From Trichoplax adhaerens (taxonomy: Eukaryota; Animalia; Placozoa), in the NCBI RefSeq assembly GCF_000150275.1, contig NW_002060962.1:1109205-1173204 (forward strand): a stretch of 64,000 nucleotides of DNA. The letters run 5' to 3'. Under the pieces are notes generated by a model, which was given only the letters and a program-made list of their open reading frames with translations, made no database searches and was not told the DNA's origin. A program made the translations under genes and the position numbers. Below are positions 25,126 to 38,534 of the stretch, one piece after another (position 1 is the stretch's first letter; the number at the start of each line of letters is the position of its first letter).

Positions 25126-26921
25126 GAATTGCAACACCTTAATTATCCTGATCAAGAGAGGCTTCCCGCTACGTCAAAGTCTGGTTTGATCAGAAATTCT
25201 ATCGGATACATCATTAAAGCAGCCCTAACATAGCCTCAACTTTCTTGATAAACCTTTCCTGATGATTAAAGGGATCTGGTGTTAGTGCATCTATCGCAAA
25301 TCAGTTTTTACAATGGATAATATCTGTGCTGGATTATTTGGTAGGAATTCAACTAAAGTATGTTTATTTATTCAAATGCTGGTTTACATTTTATTAATAA
25401 CAACTCGTGATAAGCATCGGTTTCTGGCTCTATGTTCATCCAAGTCAAATGGGTCACACAAATTGAGTTATAAGTTTGGAGGACTGACAGGGTAATTATT
25501 AACGAAAAAGGGTCATTGTTATCTAAATTATTATCAATAGTCAGCAATTGCATTTATCCTTCTTCGAGCTATATAGTCGCCCAACATATTGCCCAGCTTC
25601 GGGATTTACTGCTACTGATAATCTACCATTATGGTGCAATAAGCAAATCTTGCAGTAAATTACACTCTAGACTTTAATGCGTGATTTTGGATGCTTTCCT
25701 TAGTCAGAAGTCATTTTTAGCGGTTAAACTAATCGAAGCTATGTTTAAATCTGTTTTATTAGCCTTAAAAAATCTCGTCAACATTAGCTAAGAACAATTT
25801 GATTATTATCTATTCTAGAAAAGTTTTAAAGTGAAAAACTGTATGAGTATATTAAGAATAGCTTGCCATATATGCCTATCGGATCATTGGTAAATACCAT
25901 TCGTCTTCAAGATATAAAAGTAGCTTAATACTCCGATCAGAATTTTTTATTCTAAAAGTCCAAAAGTAGTATTGAAACTCTTATAGCCATGAAAGGTTTT
26001 AGTATAGAAAGTTACTGTAGAATAGAAATAGATTTATCTGAAGTATTTAAAATGTGCTCAATCAAAGGTTCAATCTTGGTGTTTGTACTAACGAACAAAA
26101 TTTTAACCATAACCGAGTAGATATTCTAAATAATTATCATTACCCAGTGCCGTTATTTATGCATGGCTTGCTTTGTATCGTTCTCAGCTCATTTCTGCAG
26201 GGGCTAAATTTTATGATGTACAACAAAATATATTAATCATAGCCTCTGCATGTTGACTATGTGCTATATCACATATTGATGTGCAAGATAAGCTAGACTT
26301 GGAAAGGTGGCTAAGCTAACGTTAAATTTCTACCTCATGCGAGATACTGTGTAACGCACTCCCAAAATTTACAATTACCGTACATTACGTACTATAAAAC
26401 TAAAAGGACAATAAATTTATAAATTAATAAGGTAGCTTATGAGACCAAAGTTCTAATTTAAAATATAATTAATTACCTAAGTACATTAGGCTATCGGATA
26501 CATACGGCATGCAAATAGCCATATGCCACCCAATACACGTAGTGAAATTCTGTTCCAGGGTAAGGCATGAAGACATTGTCTATATGTTATAGATTAATAG
26601 ACGCAGGAGTAATTAAATAATAGGAAGGTAAGTATCCGTCTGAATAAAATAAATGTAGACGTGACAGATTGTGTTTACGTATTTTCGGTCTTACTATTTG
26701 AATATGTGCTTATCGCTGGCAAACATTTGGGTTTATTGCATGAAGGTTACACCGGACTTATAGCTATTTTATCGAAGAGCATCTAACTCTGCAGATATTA
26801 CTCAAAGTATAGAAACACTCAAATCAGAACTTGAAAGCATTGAACATTTTGTGCTGGGTATCATTGCTAGCCACAACAGCAACAAGCAACAAATGCTCAT
26901 GAGTTTTGATGTCTTTCAAAG
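25126..26921 (+). CDS. Unidentified multi-exon coding segment (~144 aa reconstructed); start and end not determined
   Basis: Five AG/GT-bounded exons (25126-25183, 25272-25340, 25415-25491, 26490-26559, 26764-26921) join with matching phases into one open frame: NCNTLIILIKRGFPLRQSLGSGVSASIANQFLQWIISVLDYLHRFLALC…LSDTYGMQIAICHPIHVVKFCSRLFYRRASNSADITQSIETLKSELESIEHFVLGII…. No family recognised. Confidence 0.5.
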
Positions 26922-27528
26922 GTTAGATCTGATGCTCTGTTCTATGCTTTACTGTTCAAATTGCTTGTAGTGCACAAAGAAATTTTAAGCACAAGCTTGA
27001 CATCAGGTAGCGTTAAATTTGTATCACCTTGAAAACAGATCATGGATTGCTGTTTAGTCATTTTCTTGTGATAAGTCTACAATTAAAAGCTAAAATATCT
27101 TCATAACAGCTACTACAATATTTATGAGAGTAATCTGAATACCTACAAATATAAATATACCGAAGACTTTCATATGCAGATGTACAGACATGCAGACACA
27201 CAGACTAATCGAAGTATTATTCAAATCAATGCTCTAACTAGTCTAAAAATGATATTTTATATTAAATTACAGCTCCTAATTTAATTTGCATTAAAATGTA
27301 ATTACTTTTTTGAAATCAAGCATATACAGTAGAGATTATTATTTCATAATTAATTTATTTGCAATATATCAGCGTAAGCCATGAAAATGTGAGCTAGCTA
27401 TTGTACATATTTTATGTACGATGTAACGGTATTTATAAAAGGATTCTCAAACAAAGTTTGTCAATTATTTCGGATCGGATATCAAAAATTTTTCCAACGG
27501 CTGTTGTGAATCCAAAGCAGAAAAAACG

Positions 27529-29660
27529 ATGCTCTCAGGAATGTCTGGAGAATCAACTAGATCTCTAAAGGCTAGGCGCTCACATTCTCTTGGTGGGCAG
27601 ATCAGACCGCAAAGATTAGAACACGATAAAGATGAAGATGTTGATGAAGGAATGGATATTGATGAGAAGACTAGATTGCCGCCACAATCGTCTGCAAACC
27701 GCTTTATGAGTCTCTTTCGTTTTACCAGTCAAAATGGACATCAAGGCATTCCTCGAGAGAGTAGTAGCGAAGGAGATATACGTTCCATTGGCACCAACGA
27801 CAATAGTATCTCTGAAGATGCAAAGAAAGATAAAATAAGAGATGAAATAACTAAGGTTAGACCTTGAGAACAATGTTTCGTACAAGCATTTCCAAGTATA
27901 TATATATATACCTTCATAATACAAAAATGCTACATTTCATAGTAACTTGAGTGAATTTATAAGTAACGCGGTTAATCCATCAGTATAACAATACAATATT
28001 GACAGTATAAAAATTTCAATTTCGTAATATCTTAGCTGGAAGCGGAAATACAAAGTTTACATCAAACGATCGCTCGAAAAGAAGAGTTATTAACAAATCT
28101 TCGGAAGGAACTAGGAGTTACTACAAATTCGCCCTTTACCCAGTTTAAAGAGAAATTCCAAATGACGTTGTAAGTTGATTGTATCCGGTAAACTGATCCA
28201 GAAACAATACTATTCCATGATGTGGTATTATGTGTTTATGTCAGTAAGCTTTCCATCAGAGAATTAAATATTCTGCTCTTCTTTACATATATTGTATCAA
28301 GTGTAGCACACATTTAAAGCAAATTTTGGCTTAAGAACAAGCGAAAATTTGAATTCTATTTTTTTACACCTAAGTAATTTATACGACTTATTCAGTGCCA
28401 TTAAATGCCTTAGGGACATATGGCAAGATGATGTCATCAATTAGCTTACATTAACCATTTAGCACATCTAGTTGAGCTGTAGGTAGTATAGAATTGGTGT
28501 CGTTTAGAGATTTGTGACTTTGGAACTAGAATAGCTGTTAGCTATTAGCTTACATTCACATTTAACTGCAGATCTTGTCTATTAACTTCTATCACATAAA
28601 TCGCCATCACTCTTGCACATTTGCTTACTCTCATCGCCCTCAACTTTTATATCTTATTGACATATATCTGTTTGCCTATTTTGTAAGATCTGGAATTACA
28701 TCGGAATGTTCTACACTATATACTGTACATCGTATTTTACAAGCACCATACTCTTTACTAATGTAACTACTGTAGCTAAATCAAGTTAAAATTATCGCAG
28801 TTTACTTGAATGATTACTCACTGTGTATTATGATGGAATGACCTTGTAATAATCTCCTGCTGTATTACAGTTACTGTACTACAAGAATTGGCTGAAATCA
28901 TTACATATGATCTTTGTCTTTTAATCTAAGAATTAGTTAACCAGCTACGATGCAGCCATTCGTCCAAGCAGATATGTTTGACTAGATTATTTTTCATACT
29001 TTAGCAATCTGAAGAAGTCCGGGAATCCTGAGCCTATGCAATCACCGCAAGATGAAAATATTACGATGAAAGATCGCTTCAAGTATTTGATTGCTAAATT
29101 TATAACATAAAAGATAGCACTTTCGACAGTACAATTAGATTTCCTCAGTAAAGACTTTGTGGTAAAATAGTTAATGATGGAAATTGATCCGTTATTTCTG
29201 CTTATTACGAAGGGAAGGTTCAGAAAATACGATGAAAGTGATCGAAGAGAAATTTCAGTCTGCCGGTTCTGCTTTAAAAGTAAGTAATACTTGCTGCTAA
29301 AGTTGGGTCAAGTTAAACCGGTTGTTGTTACTTTGCAGCACTATGAATTGAGTTTCATCCTGTTATTTAATAAATACATAGTATAATGTATTGAATAATA
29401 AAATTTATAAACAGAACGTGCAGGCATAAGTTTTTATACGAATGTATACCTTCTAACTGGTAGAAAACAAATCACAAGCATTACTTAGATTTAAGTGATT
29501 AAAGATTCAGCTTTTTCTAAGAATGTAACTAGAGGTTATTCTATAGACTTAACAGATTCTTCATAAAATGACACAATTTAATGTTATCAATATAATGCTA
29601 CGTTGTATTCTAGCTAATCCAAGTTTTACAATAACTTTTCAGAAAGGAAAACCTGATTGA
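27529..29660 (+). CDS. TPD52: Tumor protein D52 family coiled-coil protein
   Basis: Exons 27529(27442)-27855, 28036-28169, 29005-29082 and 29212-29279. They encode KDKIRDEITKLEAEIQSLHQTIARKEELLTNLRKELGV, matching the D52 coiled coil (LRRELAKVEEEIQTLSQVLAAKEKHLAEIKRKLGI), and TMKVIEEKFQSAGSALK, matching the D52 motif (TFKSFEEKV…LK). The last exon is ambiguous (stop at 29660 or ~29783). Confidence 0.7.
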
Positions 29661-31224
29661 AAGAACTTTTATTTTTCATTATTAGAGATCAATCTGGAGG
29701 AGATCCTTGAGAGCGACTACTGGAACCTAGTTCTAAGTGAGAGTGGTGCTTATTTCCATCGCAGGAAAACAGTGGTGCTGTGAAGTATATATGCATAACA
29801 AAATGCTCAAGTTATCTCTTGAATTTAGATCTACCGGCAAATTACAGAATTTTTATCGACTTGAAACTTGACGAATAAAAGTATGGAGATCAGTAACATA
29901 CAGTCGATTGCCAGGATAAATGTTGCTTATTATTATTGCATCGATTAGTTATTTCGACGACGCACCACTATTTGTGGATTTATATAAAATATTGGACATT
30001 AGCCGTATCTTATATACATATATATACGTATTTGTTGTATGTTATGTTAATATTTATCTGTTACTATATATCCATAAATTAATTAATAAAATTATTCATG
30101 AAATGATGCTTTTCCTTGCTGCTTTATACCAAATTGTCATACTGTATATAGCTTGCTGAGGGTCAGTGTCGTACTATTACCCAATGATTTAGTAGTTTTG
30201 ACTTCATATCTACATGCAAGTTAGAAAAGAACATTACTAGTTACTGTAAGCCTATGCAATTAGTCACTGATTTATGAAAGTTAGGATGCTCCATAGAACC
30301 AATACCATTGATTACTACGTACAATAGGAATTCATATACAGATTTAAAGTTTTCATAATTGGGTTTATATTACGAAAGGGTTGCCTATTATGCCTCACTG
30401 AGATTGAAATACTCGTATGATTATATATGTTATACATCGATATGCCCGTAAACATCAAAATACTCGTATAATGCTCCTAATTTTTATGTTTCATCGAAGC
30501 TGATGGCAAAGAAACCACCGACTCCCAATCATATCCATTGATTATATAATAATTCACCAGGATTTACCGGAGAAAATTTTAAAAATTAGCCTTTAATTAA
30601 ACGTGTAGAGGCAATTAAGAATATTTCGATCAAATTATTGTTATTAGTACAGCGCATGCCTGCTATCGATTTAATGCTCAGATATATACCGACAAATTTA
30701 TGCTTTCTAACACTTTGAATAAAATTGGTCGTTACCATAACCATCTCCCACTTACATCGCACCAGAATTATTATATTATCAGAGTATACAGTAAAGTAAA
30801 TTTCATGCCCTGAAAAGTTTGCGATTACAATCTGACTTCGATAAGTGTCTTACAACTGAGTCTAGTTTGTGTACTACAAGCTCGGTAAAGAACAACTATA
30901 GCCACTGGTGGCGTAAATAATTATATAATTCTTCGAAAGGAGTAACAAATATGTAAGGTAAATATGTTTCTTGCAAAGAAGTTTAAGCGCCATTGTTAGT
31001 TCCTAACGGTATACGAAAGCAATGGACAACTTTTCGACGTCTAACACACCACTCAAGATCTGATATCGCCTATTTAGTGTATACCCGTAACAACATATAT
31101 TGAAATTCAAAGACTAATTCGTTTTCGTAAAATTCATAAAAGTTTATTTTTAAGAGGGGGATAAAAATTTTTGTTTTACAATAATTTCGTAGACTTAATA
31201 ACAATTCAGATCTTTGATTCACGA

Positions 31225-34200
31225 TTACCTCAGTTCCTTTTTCATCCTAGAGTAAAATATATTGCAGACAACGATTAGTGATCCAAGACCCAAGAATATT
31301 TGTCTCTTAAACATGTTTATCATGTTTAAGCAAAAAATCACGAGCCTTGTAAGTTACCTATCATTGGCAATGGACCTTAGTACTGAAGTTCCGGATACGA
31401 ACGTAATTCCACCAATAACGGCAAGATATTTCAGAGTAGTAAACATATTCTACAATCAAAGAAGTTGCGTTAATATTTACAAATTGAAAATATTCGATAC
31501 TAATTAATGGTATCTTACCAAATTGGTCCAGTAACAGTAATACAGCAAAAAGATGGCTATTTAGGAATTAAAACAGTGTTAGTATACGTGTGTATTATAT
31601 AGTTATCTGATTGTTGTTAAGTTATTAAACTAACTTACCACCAACTCCTAAGTGAAAGACGATATTTGGCAACGTAAAGGAAAAATTAGATACATTTGCT
31701 CCGAATAGATTCCACTGTAAAAATTAAAAAATAGGCCATTATAAAAATACTCGAATTAAGTAGCTCTTCATATATTACATCTGTTTCTAAGAAAATGTGA
31801 TCTAATCTTAGTCAGTAAGTCTTATAAAACAGAAGAAATACTGGTGGATGTAGATTAATGATATTTGCAATTTGATATTAAAGCTTCCAGAGATAATCAT
31901 TGCCCGGCAGCCTTTGTATTGATCAAATTGCAGTATGACATTAACTGTTGCGAAACATGACTGTCTTTCAACTGTTAATGATCACACTTTATACAACAAT
32001 ATTTTCACGTTGATACTAAGTTTCCATCGAAAGGTAGCAAGAACGATAACTATAAATTCGAAATACTGCAACAAGCAGCACTTACCATTACAAACATAAT
32101 CACCAAAGGTGATAAAACTAGTAGGGTGAAAGCCTTAGATACGAGCTCTGGAGGGCGTTTTTCGGGAACACGGAACACATGCTAAAATCCCCCAAAATTT
32201 TTTAGATCAGTGAAAACTGGATACATCGCCTACTCTTATTGAGTACATTAATTCAAGAACCTGTATCTCTGGTTTAGAGCTTGGAGGAATTTTTGTCGAA
32301 GGAGCCGCAGCACCAGTCGTAGTAAACTTTAGACTAAGACTACCCTGGGTGATTCATGTAAAAAACAACATTAAAACTATAATCTCTCTAAAGAATAAAG
32401 AATACTGTCCTTTGTAATATACACGATAATAATAATATTGTTGATTATTACCACTTTCCAATAAATCTGGTTGGAAAAAGTAGGATCGCCGATAATTACG
32501 TCCATAGAGTAGTTACCACTTTGTGAGTAGAAGGTTTTACGGAGTTCGGTAATGTCCTGATTTTAAGTATTAAAACTGACATTACGATTCGATAAATAAG
32601 ATTTACTACTATGTAATAGCATACATACCAATTCTAGCGATAGCAATTGTTCATTTCGGTTAGTGAATAAGAAAGAACGATCTACATTACATTTGTCACA
32701 TGCCAATCTTAAGAAAGCCTGTGTTTATCAAGAATAATTTCATTATTTCCTTTAATTTTATAATTATCATTTTGGGAATTATGGATACAATATAAACAAT
32801 AAAATGATAATATTACTATTGCTAACCTGTTGAGGTACAATTTCCACATTTTTTTCAACATCTTTAACAATAAATTCAATTGCTACATTCGAATGCTCAT
32901 CTGCTTGAATATTCGAAGCTAGTCCTTTTGGAAAAGTCGCCCTATAATACAAATTCGACGTGGCAAAAAGATACATGAAATTATTGATATAGATTTACTT
33001 CAAATATAGAAGTAGTCAAAATTATTACAAGAATGATATAATGTACAAGGGACTATTCTTTCTCGATTACAGTAATACCTGACTGTACCTAAATTTCAGG
33101 TACACACGTACCTTGCTTCTTTCTGTACTGAAGCTTGGTCTATGTCGCTAGTTTTTACTTTGAAGGATTCAACAGCAACATTGACAACCTTTTTAACTTT
33201 AAAGCTAGAGTCTTGTAATCCAATTAATCGTTTATCTTCCACAACAGGTGCAACATTAAAATGAACAGTATAAAATCCACGTTCAGGCTTCATTTTATTA
33301 AAATCAAACTGGTATTCACCAGCTGATTTTTCTACAAGATCAACATCACTTGCGATGGTGTTTCCTTCAGTGGACACAATCGAGGTAGCTTTGACGTCCA
33401 TTTTTGGTAAAGGTTTCCCTAAGATATTACATGCTTTCACCTATATTTCAAAATCATTGGGTTTAGCAAATTAATTGAATAAAATTAGGATGTATAATGA
33501 TAATTACCAATAAACACAACTATTCAGGCTAAGTTAACTTACGACAATATTTCCATCGTTTTTCCGGATGAGGGCTTGACTAGTCAGGACAACGCTTCCG
33601 GGAATTTGAAACTATTTATTAACATTTTTAAGTTAGATCACATGTTGACGTCACATTATGCCTCCTTTGATAATTCGAATAGTTATTCAGTATTGTGTGC
33701 ATTTACAAAAATGAAAATCTACAAAGGAAGTTAACTACCTTGTTTTCAGTAAAAGCCTGAAGCCCAAGAGCAACATAGTATGCGTTTCTAACGGATCCAA
33801 CATGCCTCTTGCTAACAATGTAATTGGCAAGCTTAATTGCTTGATCATTGTCAATAGCTGGAGTAAGACCTCTTGCATAGCATAGACGGTACACTCCCGT
33901 AACAAATAAAATCGTATCTCGAATCCCGCCATCAAACTGCAAATACTTATCACCAATTTCATCGGCTTGATTTAGTACTTCTCCTATGGCATTAGGGATT
34001 GTGCCAATATCGGCATCTTTTGGTAAGAAAGCTGCGGCATGAAAGGCGAAGCTGTGACTGTCGTTAATATACAAAAAATGACAGTAAAACAACAATACAG
34101 GTATCTCAATACAGGAAAAGTTGATCATAGTTATGAAACTAATATGTAGTTGTAAATGTTTATTGCATGGTTTATCTCCCTGATTACTGTCACATAGTGA

Positions 34201-35378
34201 CTACAGGAAACGCAAGGAATATGCAATTGCCGACAGCCTGGCGTACTATGATTTCTCGTAGTACGCTAGCACGGCTTGATATCCAATGCATTGGCTGTGG
34301 ACTATACTTCATAAAGTTTGTGCGCAAAGGCACTAAGCTCCGTAAGCCAAATGGGCAGCGCCAACAGAGGCCAGTCCGTTGGATGCCCTCATTGGAAGAC
34401 TGGTGAAGCAGAAGCTTCAGATGTATTTAAATTAGTTACCATATAAATTTTCTAACCTTGCAGTGCTATCATCTTTTTCTAGTGCAGATTTCAAGGATTT
34501 AACCACCATAGAGGCATCAACTACAAGACAATACAATATCAACATTGTAATTTCATTATCACTGTAACGTTCGTATGCAGACTGCAATCACTGAAATTAG
34601 GTGCAACATACATAGTAATCAATAGAAAAATTGCTAAATTTATTTCAGTATACCTTTAAGATTGAACTTTGTTAGAGCACCGACAGCTTGATAAATCAAG
34701 AATGTAGTGCGGCCATCAAGTATAACATCATTTAGTACTTTTTGAGCATCTTTTGGGGGTGTCAACTAAAATTTGACATTAAAAGCATTTAGGTTAGCAA
34801 AACATAATCCACAGTAAGCAATGCAAACGTTTTATAATAGTTCTACCGTAGACCTATGATCTGTTAATCTGTTTTTGACTGCACCTTAATTCACAGTACG
34901 CGGCGGCATTAAACAGATTACAACGTTCATAATTTTCTCGATAGAAAAACTAGACACTTACGTTGCATTTTAAACTGTCTCCAATAAACGCACCAAAATA
35001 TAAGTTAACGAGATTCGAAGTCATCGATTTCTTGATAAATGCACAAACATCCTAGTAGAAGTTTTATCATCGTCAAGTGAGATAAACACTAATACGCTTC
35101 GTAAACAGAGTTAAACTAGATTGTATCAAGCTTGGTTAAAGAGTGCTATCTTCTTCTACATACGTATTTAGTCATTAATTTATATCATACCTGGTTTTCA
35201 GGCACTTTTTCATTGAGTGCTTCAAGACCAACAACAGAATAGTATGCAGTTACTAAATCTTTGTAAGGTTGAGCTGCCTTCAGTTTTTGAATTAATTGCA
35301 GAAGATCATTTTCTGGCACGACATCAACCTGTAACGCTGAACAGCAGATTACAAAAAGCGAGAGAGCCAAACAAATCC
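31225..35378 (-). CDS. RPN2: Ribophorin II, oligosaccharyltransferase subunit; short first exon upstream of 35378 not resolved
   Basis: Signal-peptide-like ICLALSLFVICCSALQ, then [63 protein letters not shown], and the C-terminal [28 protein letters not shown]…DRMKKELR*. Confidence 0.92.
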
Positions 35379-35974
35379 CTACATTGGAATCAGTAAATGT
35401 ATCGTATTACGTAGGATCAAGAAAAATACCTGAGACGTCGTCAAATATTCATTCATCCAATTATATTTGCGTTTAATTTTACACCGTACATTTCCGTTTG
35501 GTTCATTACTAAGTATATGATTTCTATAGCTATAGGATACAGCATGGATAAATAGATAAATATTGTAATGTACTTTTCGACTTGTGCTGCTTTACATTTC
35601 ACATGTTACGTTTCTGCAAGAGCGAATTAATTACTAATCCCTAAATAATTACGGCTGCAACAGTTTATGCTTACTAGGATATTATCAGAGTCAATTACAA
35701 TCTCTCGCGCCAATAAACATTATTCAAGTAACCGGTTGTTAAAAAGTAGATATAAACGAATCAACTGATGTCATTGCTGTATTACATTACCCACTACATA
35801 CTGCCGTCATGAGCGTGTTACAATGTAATCCAAACGTTCGAGAGTACTGATTAATTTAAGCATCAAGCGTAGTGTATACAGCACTGCAGTAGGCCACTTA
35901 CGGATGCAAATTACCACAGTTGCGCTACAGTGCGACCTTATCAAGCCTGTTTATCCTTAATTAATCAAACTATG

Positions 35975-36245
35975 GACAGGACTGTACTGTACACTATTTC
36001 CCGATGTAAAAAAAGTACAAACGAAGGCCCCTACTGACAGGTGTGAGAAAAAATAGACAGTACCGCACGAGTGTACGTACAGTACAATACACTGTACGCT
36101 ACAGTATAGTACTGTATGTATGTACTGTAGGCAAAGAAGATCATTTCCTTCCTTTTTTTTTACCTCCATGATAACGTACTGCTCACGTGCTCGAAACTCA
36201 CAAGTGCAGAACAGTACTTTACCATTTATACTGTACGATACACTA
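35975..36245. repeat. TACAG/CTGTA pentamer island upstream of RPN2
   Basis: Dispersed TACAG, CTGTA and GTAC words; looser than the other islands. Confidence 0.65.
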
Positions 36246-37654
36246 GCGGGCGTGAAGGACTACACAAAGGAAAAAATTGAAAAAATCAATCAACCGACAG
36301 AGTAAAATTTCATAACCACTGGATAGTTCAAAATCACATGTTTTTCAACTAGTCTAGCATTTTTTACCTTTAAATCGCTCTAAAGTACGTTAATAAGATC
36401 CCGTTAACATTCTATAAATTTTATGACGGATTATGGATGAACAATCTATTTTTAATGTGATTCACTCTAAATGGGTAACAAAATTAATTACGAAATTAAT
36501 TTATTGAAAGTCGAGTACGGTATGTAGATAGTGTAGACTAAGTTCTCAAATGCAGTTTTATTCAAATAACGTTTTTTCCATAATATTTCGTCTATCTACA
36601 CATGCGAAAGCTGAAGCTAGTTTAAGCAAAATTATCGAAAATCAAGTAATCCCTTACAGCAACCCATCTTAAATCTTTGCGATTCACGGAACCATTTCAT
36701 AAGAGATAAAATTTATCTTGAACTCATGGCCAGCTAAACGTGTACGCATTGAGAACTAAGTCAAACGAAATAACTACCTCTTTTGATACTTTTTTTGCTA
36801 TTCTTAAGTCAAAAATAAGTTTTGCAATTGATCTGCTATAGACTCGGCACCAGGGAAGTATAAACTTTGTAGTCTGATGGCCTTTAGTGTACATACAGTA
36901 CTCACTGTGAACTAAATTTACTGAAAAAATTCAAGCACGCGAAAGCCACGAGACGAAATTAGAGTACTGTTCTGCTAGTTGATCGAAGATACCGCAACGA
37001 CCTTATCTATTTTAGACTATATATTTATCAAGGGGAAGCCATACGTCTTTCAACTGCTACTTCAGCACTGCAATTTAAAATTTTAGGTAGAACTATAAAG
37101 CCTTATGAAAACGTGTTCATATTGTGAATAACTATGCTGATCGCTATGCAGGCTAAAAGTCACTACACTACAGTCTATTAGGCTTGATCGAAGTTCTTTT
37201 CTGGATTATTGAATCAGTCTACCAGGAACATTTTAATGTACAGATAATTAAGAGGCCCTGAGTAAAATGCAAAAATTTAACGAACATGACATGTGTATTT
37301 GAAAACAATTTTCATTAACGGCTAAGGTTGATGAAAGCTTGGGAGTTGCCACGTGGCTAACTTAAAGAAGATTCTCATAGCAAACGAGACACGCTCAAAC
37401 GAAGGATTGATTGTAAAGTGCCGCAATTACTAATTTTTAGTAAGTATAGCTACGAGCATGAAATGCATCGCCTTGCCTATGTTCTACCATGACTTACTTT
37501 ATAAGGTCTATTTAGTCCATTAAAACTATGAAAAATTCAAATTGCTACTCTTTAAACAGCATCAATGATAAGTAACAACGTCAAATTCATACCTCGCGTA
37601 GCTGCCATCTTCCGCTTCGAAAAATAGATAGATCGTCTGCAATGCGCTTATGCT

Positions 37655-38460
37655 CAGTGTACTGTATTTACAGCCTAGGATCTTGACTAATCGTACTGTG
37701 TATCAGTCACCAGAAGTACAGTACATTGTACACTGTACAGTGTACAGTACTGTAGAGTACAGTATTTTTCTTTTCGTTTACAGTACTGTACAGTACAGTA
37801 CTGGACATTAGTACGGTAGCGTACCGTCTGGACAGAGGGCTTTCGCTACATGCTTTAACCTTTAGTTTTGTACAGTACGCCGAGTTATCAAATACTGTAC
37901 TGTACTGTACTGTACAGTGTACAGTATTTCTGCTATACAGTGTACTGTACTGTACTGTACTGTACAGTGTACAGTACAGTACATAAAAAGAAGGGTCGCT
38001 ACTGTACGGTACAGTACAGTACAGTACAGCTTACGCACGTGTCGTTAAAACAAACAAACAAACGAAGAACATTACTAATCTACTGTACTGTATAGAACAG
38101 TACAAGTGTACAGTAGGTACGGTACATACTGTACAGTACTGTACAGTACAGTACAGTCAGTTACAGTACAGTACAGTACTGTACAGTACAGTGGTTTACA
38201 GTGTACTGTACTGTACTGTACTGTAGTCTTAGACTGTAGTACAGTACACTCAATTACATGCATACTGAACAATGCATTATGCATTCAGGGATCTGGTACA
38301 GGCTGCTTGATTGAAATAATGAGCTAGCTAACCTGTGCAGTACAGGATAGTATCTAAAGAAAGCCAGAAAAACAGATTGAGCAATCAGCTTCTGATACTG
38401 TACAGTACTGTACTGTACACTGTACACTGTGTACACTGCTGTACTGTGTACAGTATTTTA
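37655..38460. repeat. TACAG/CTGTA pentamer island upstream of NAPRT
   Basis: Dense (TACAG)n and (CTGTA)n runs in both orientations, ending ~75 bp before the NAPRT ATG. Confidence 0.9.
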
Positions 38461-38534
38461 GGATCACTTCTTTGCGTTAGTTTATTGCACCTGATATAAA
38501 AATATAAATAAACAATAAATAGCAAGCTTGTGAA

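Noticed and set aside
35785-35810. ATG ACG GCA GTA TGT AGT GG|GT as RPN2 exon 1
   Set aside because: It ends in phase 2, whereas the signal-peptide exon at 35378 needs phase 1. The true first exon was left unresolved.
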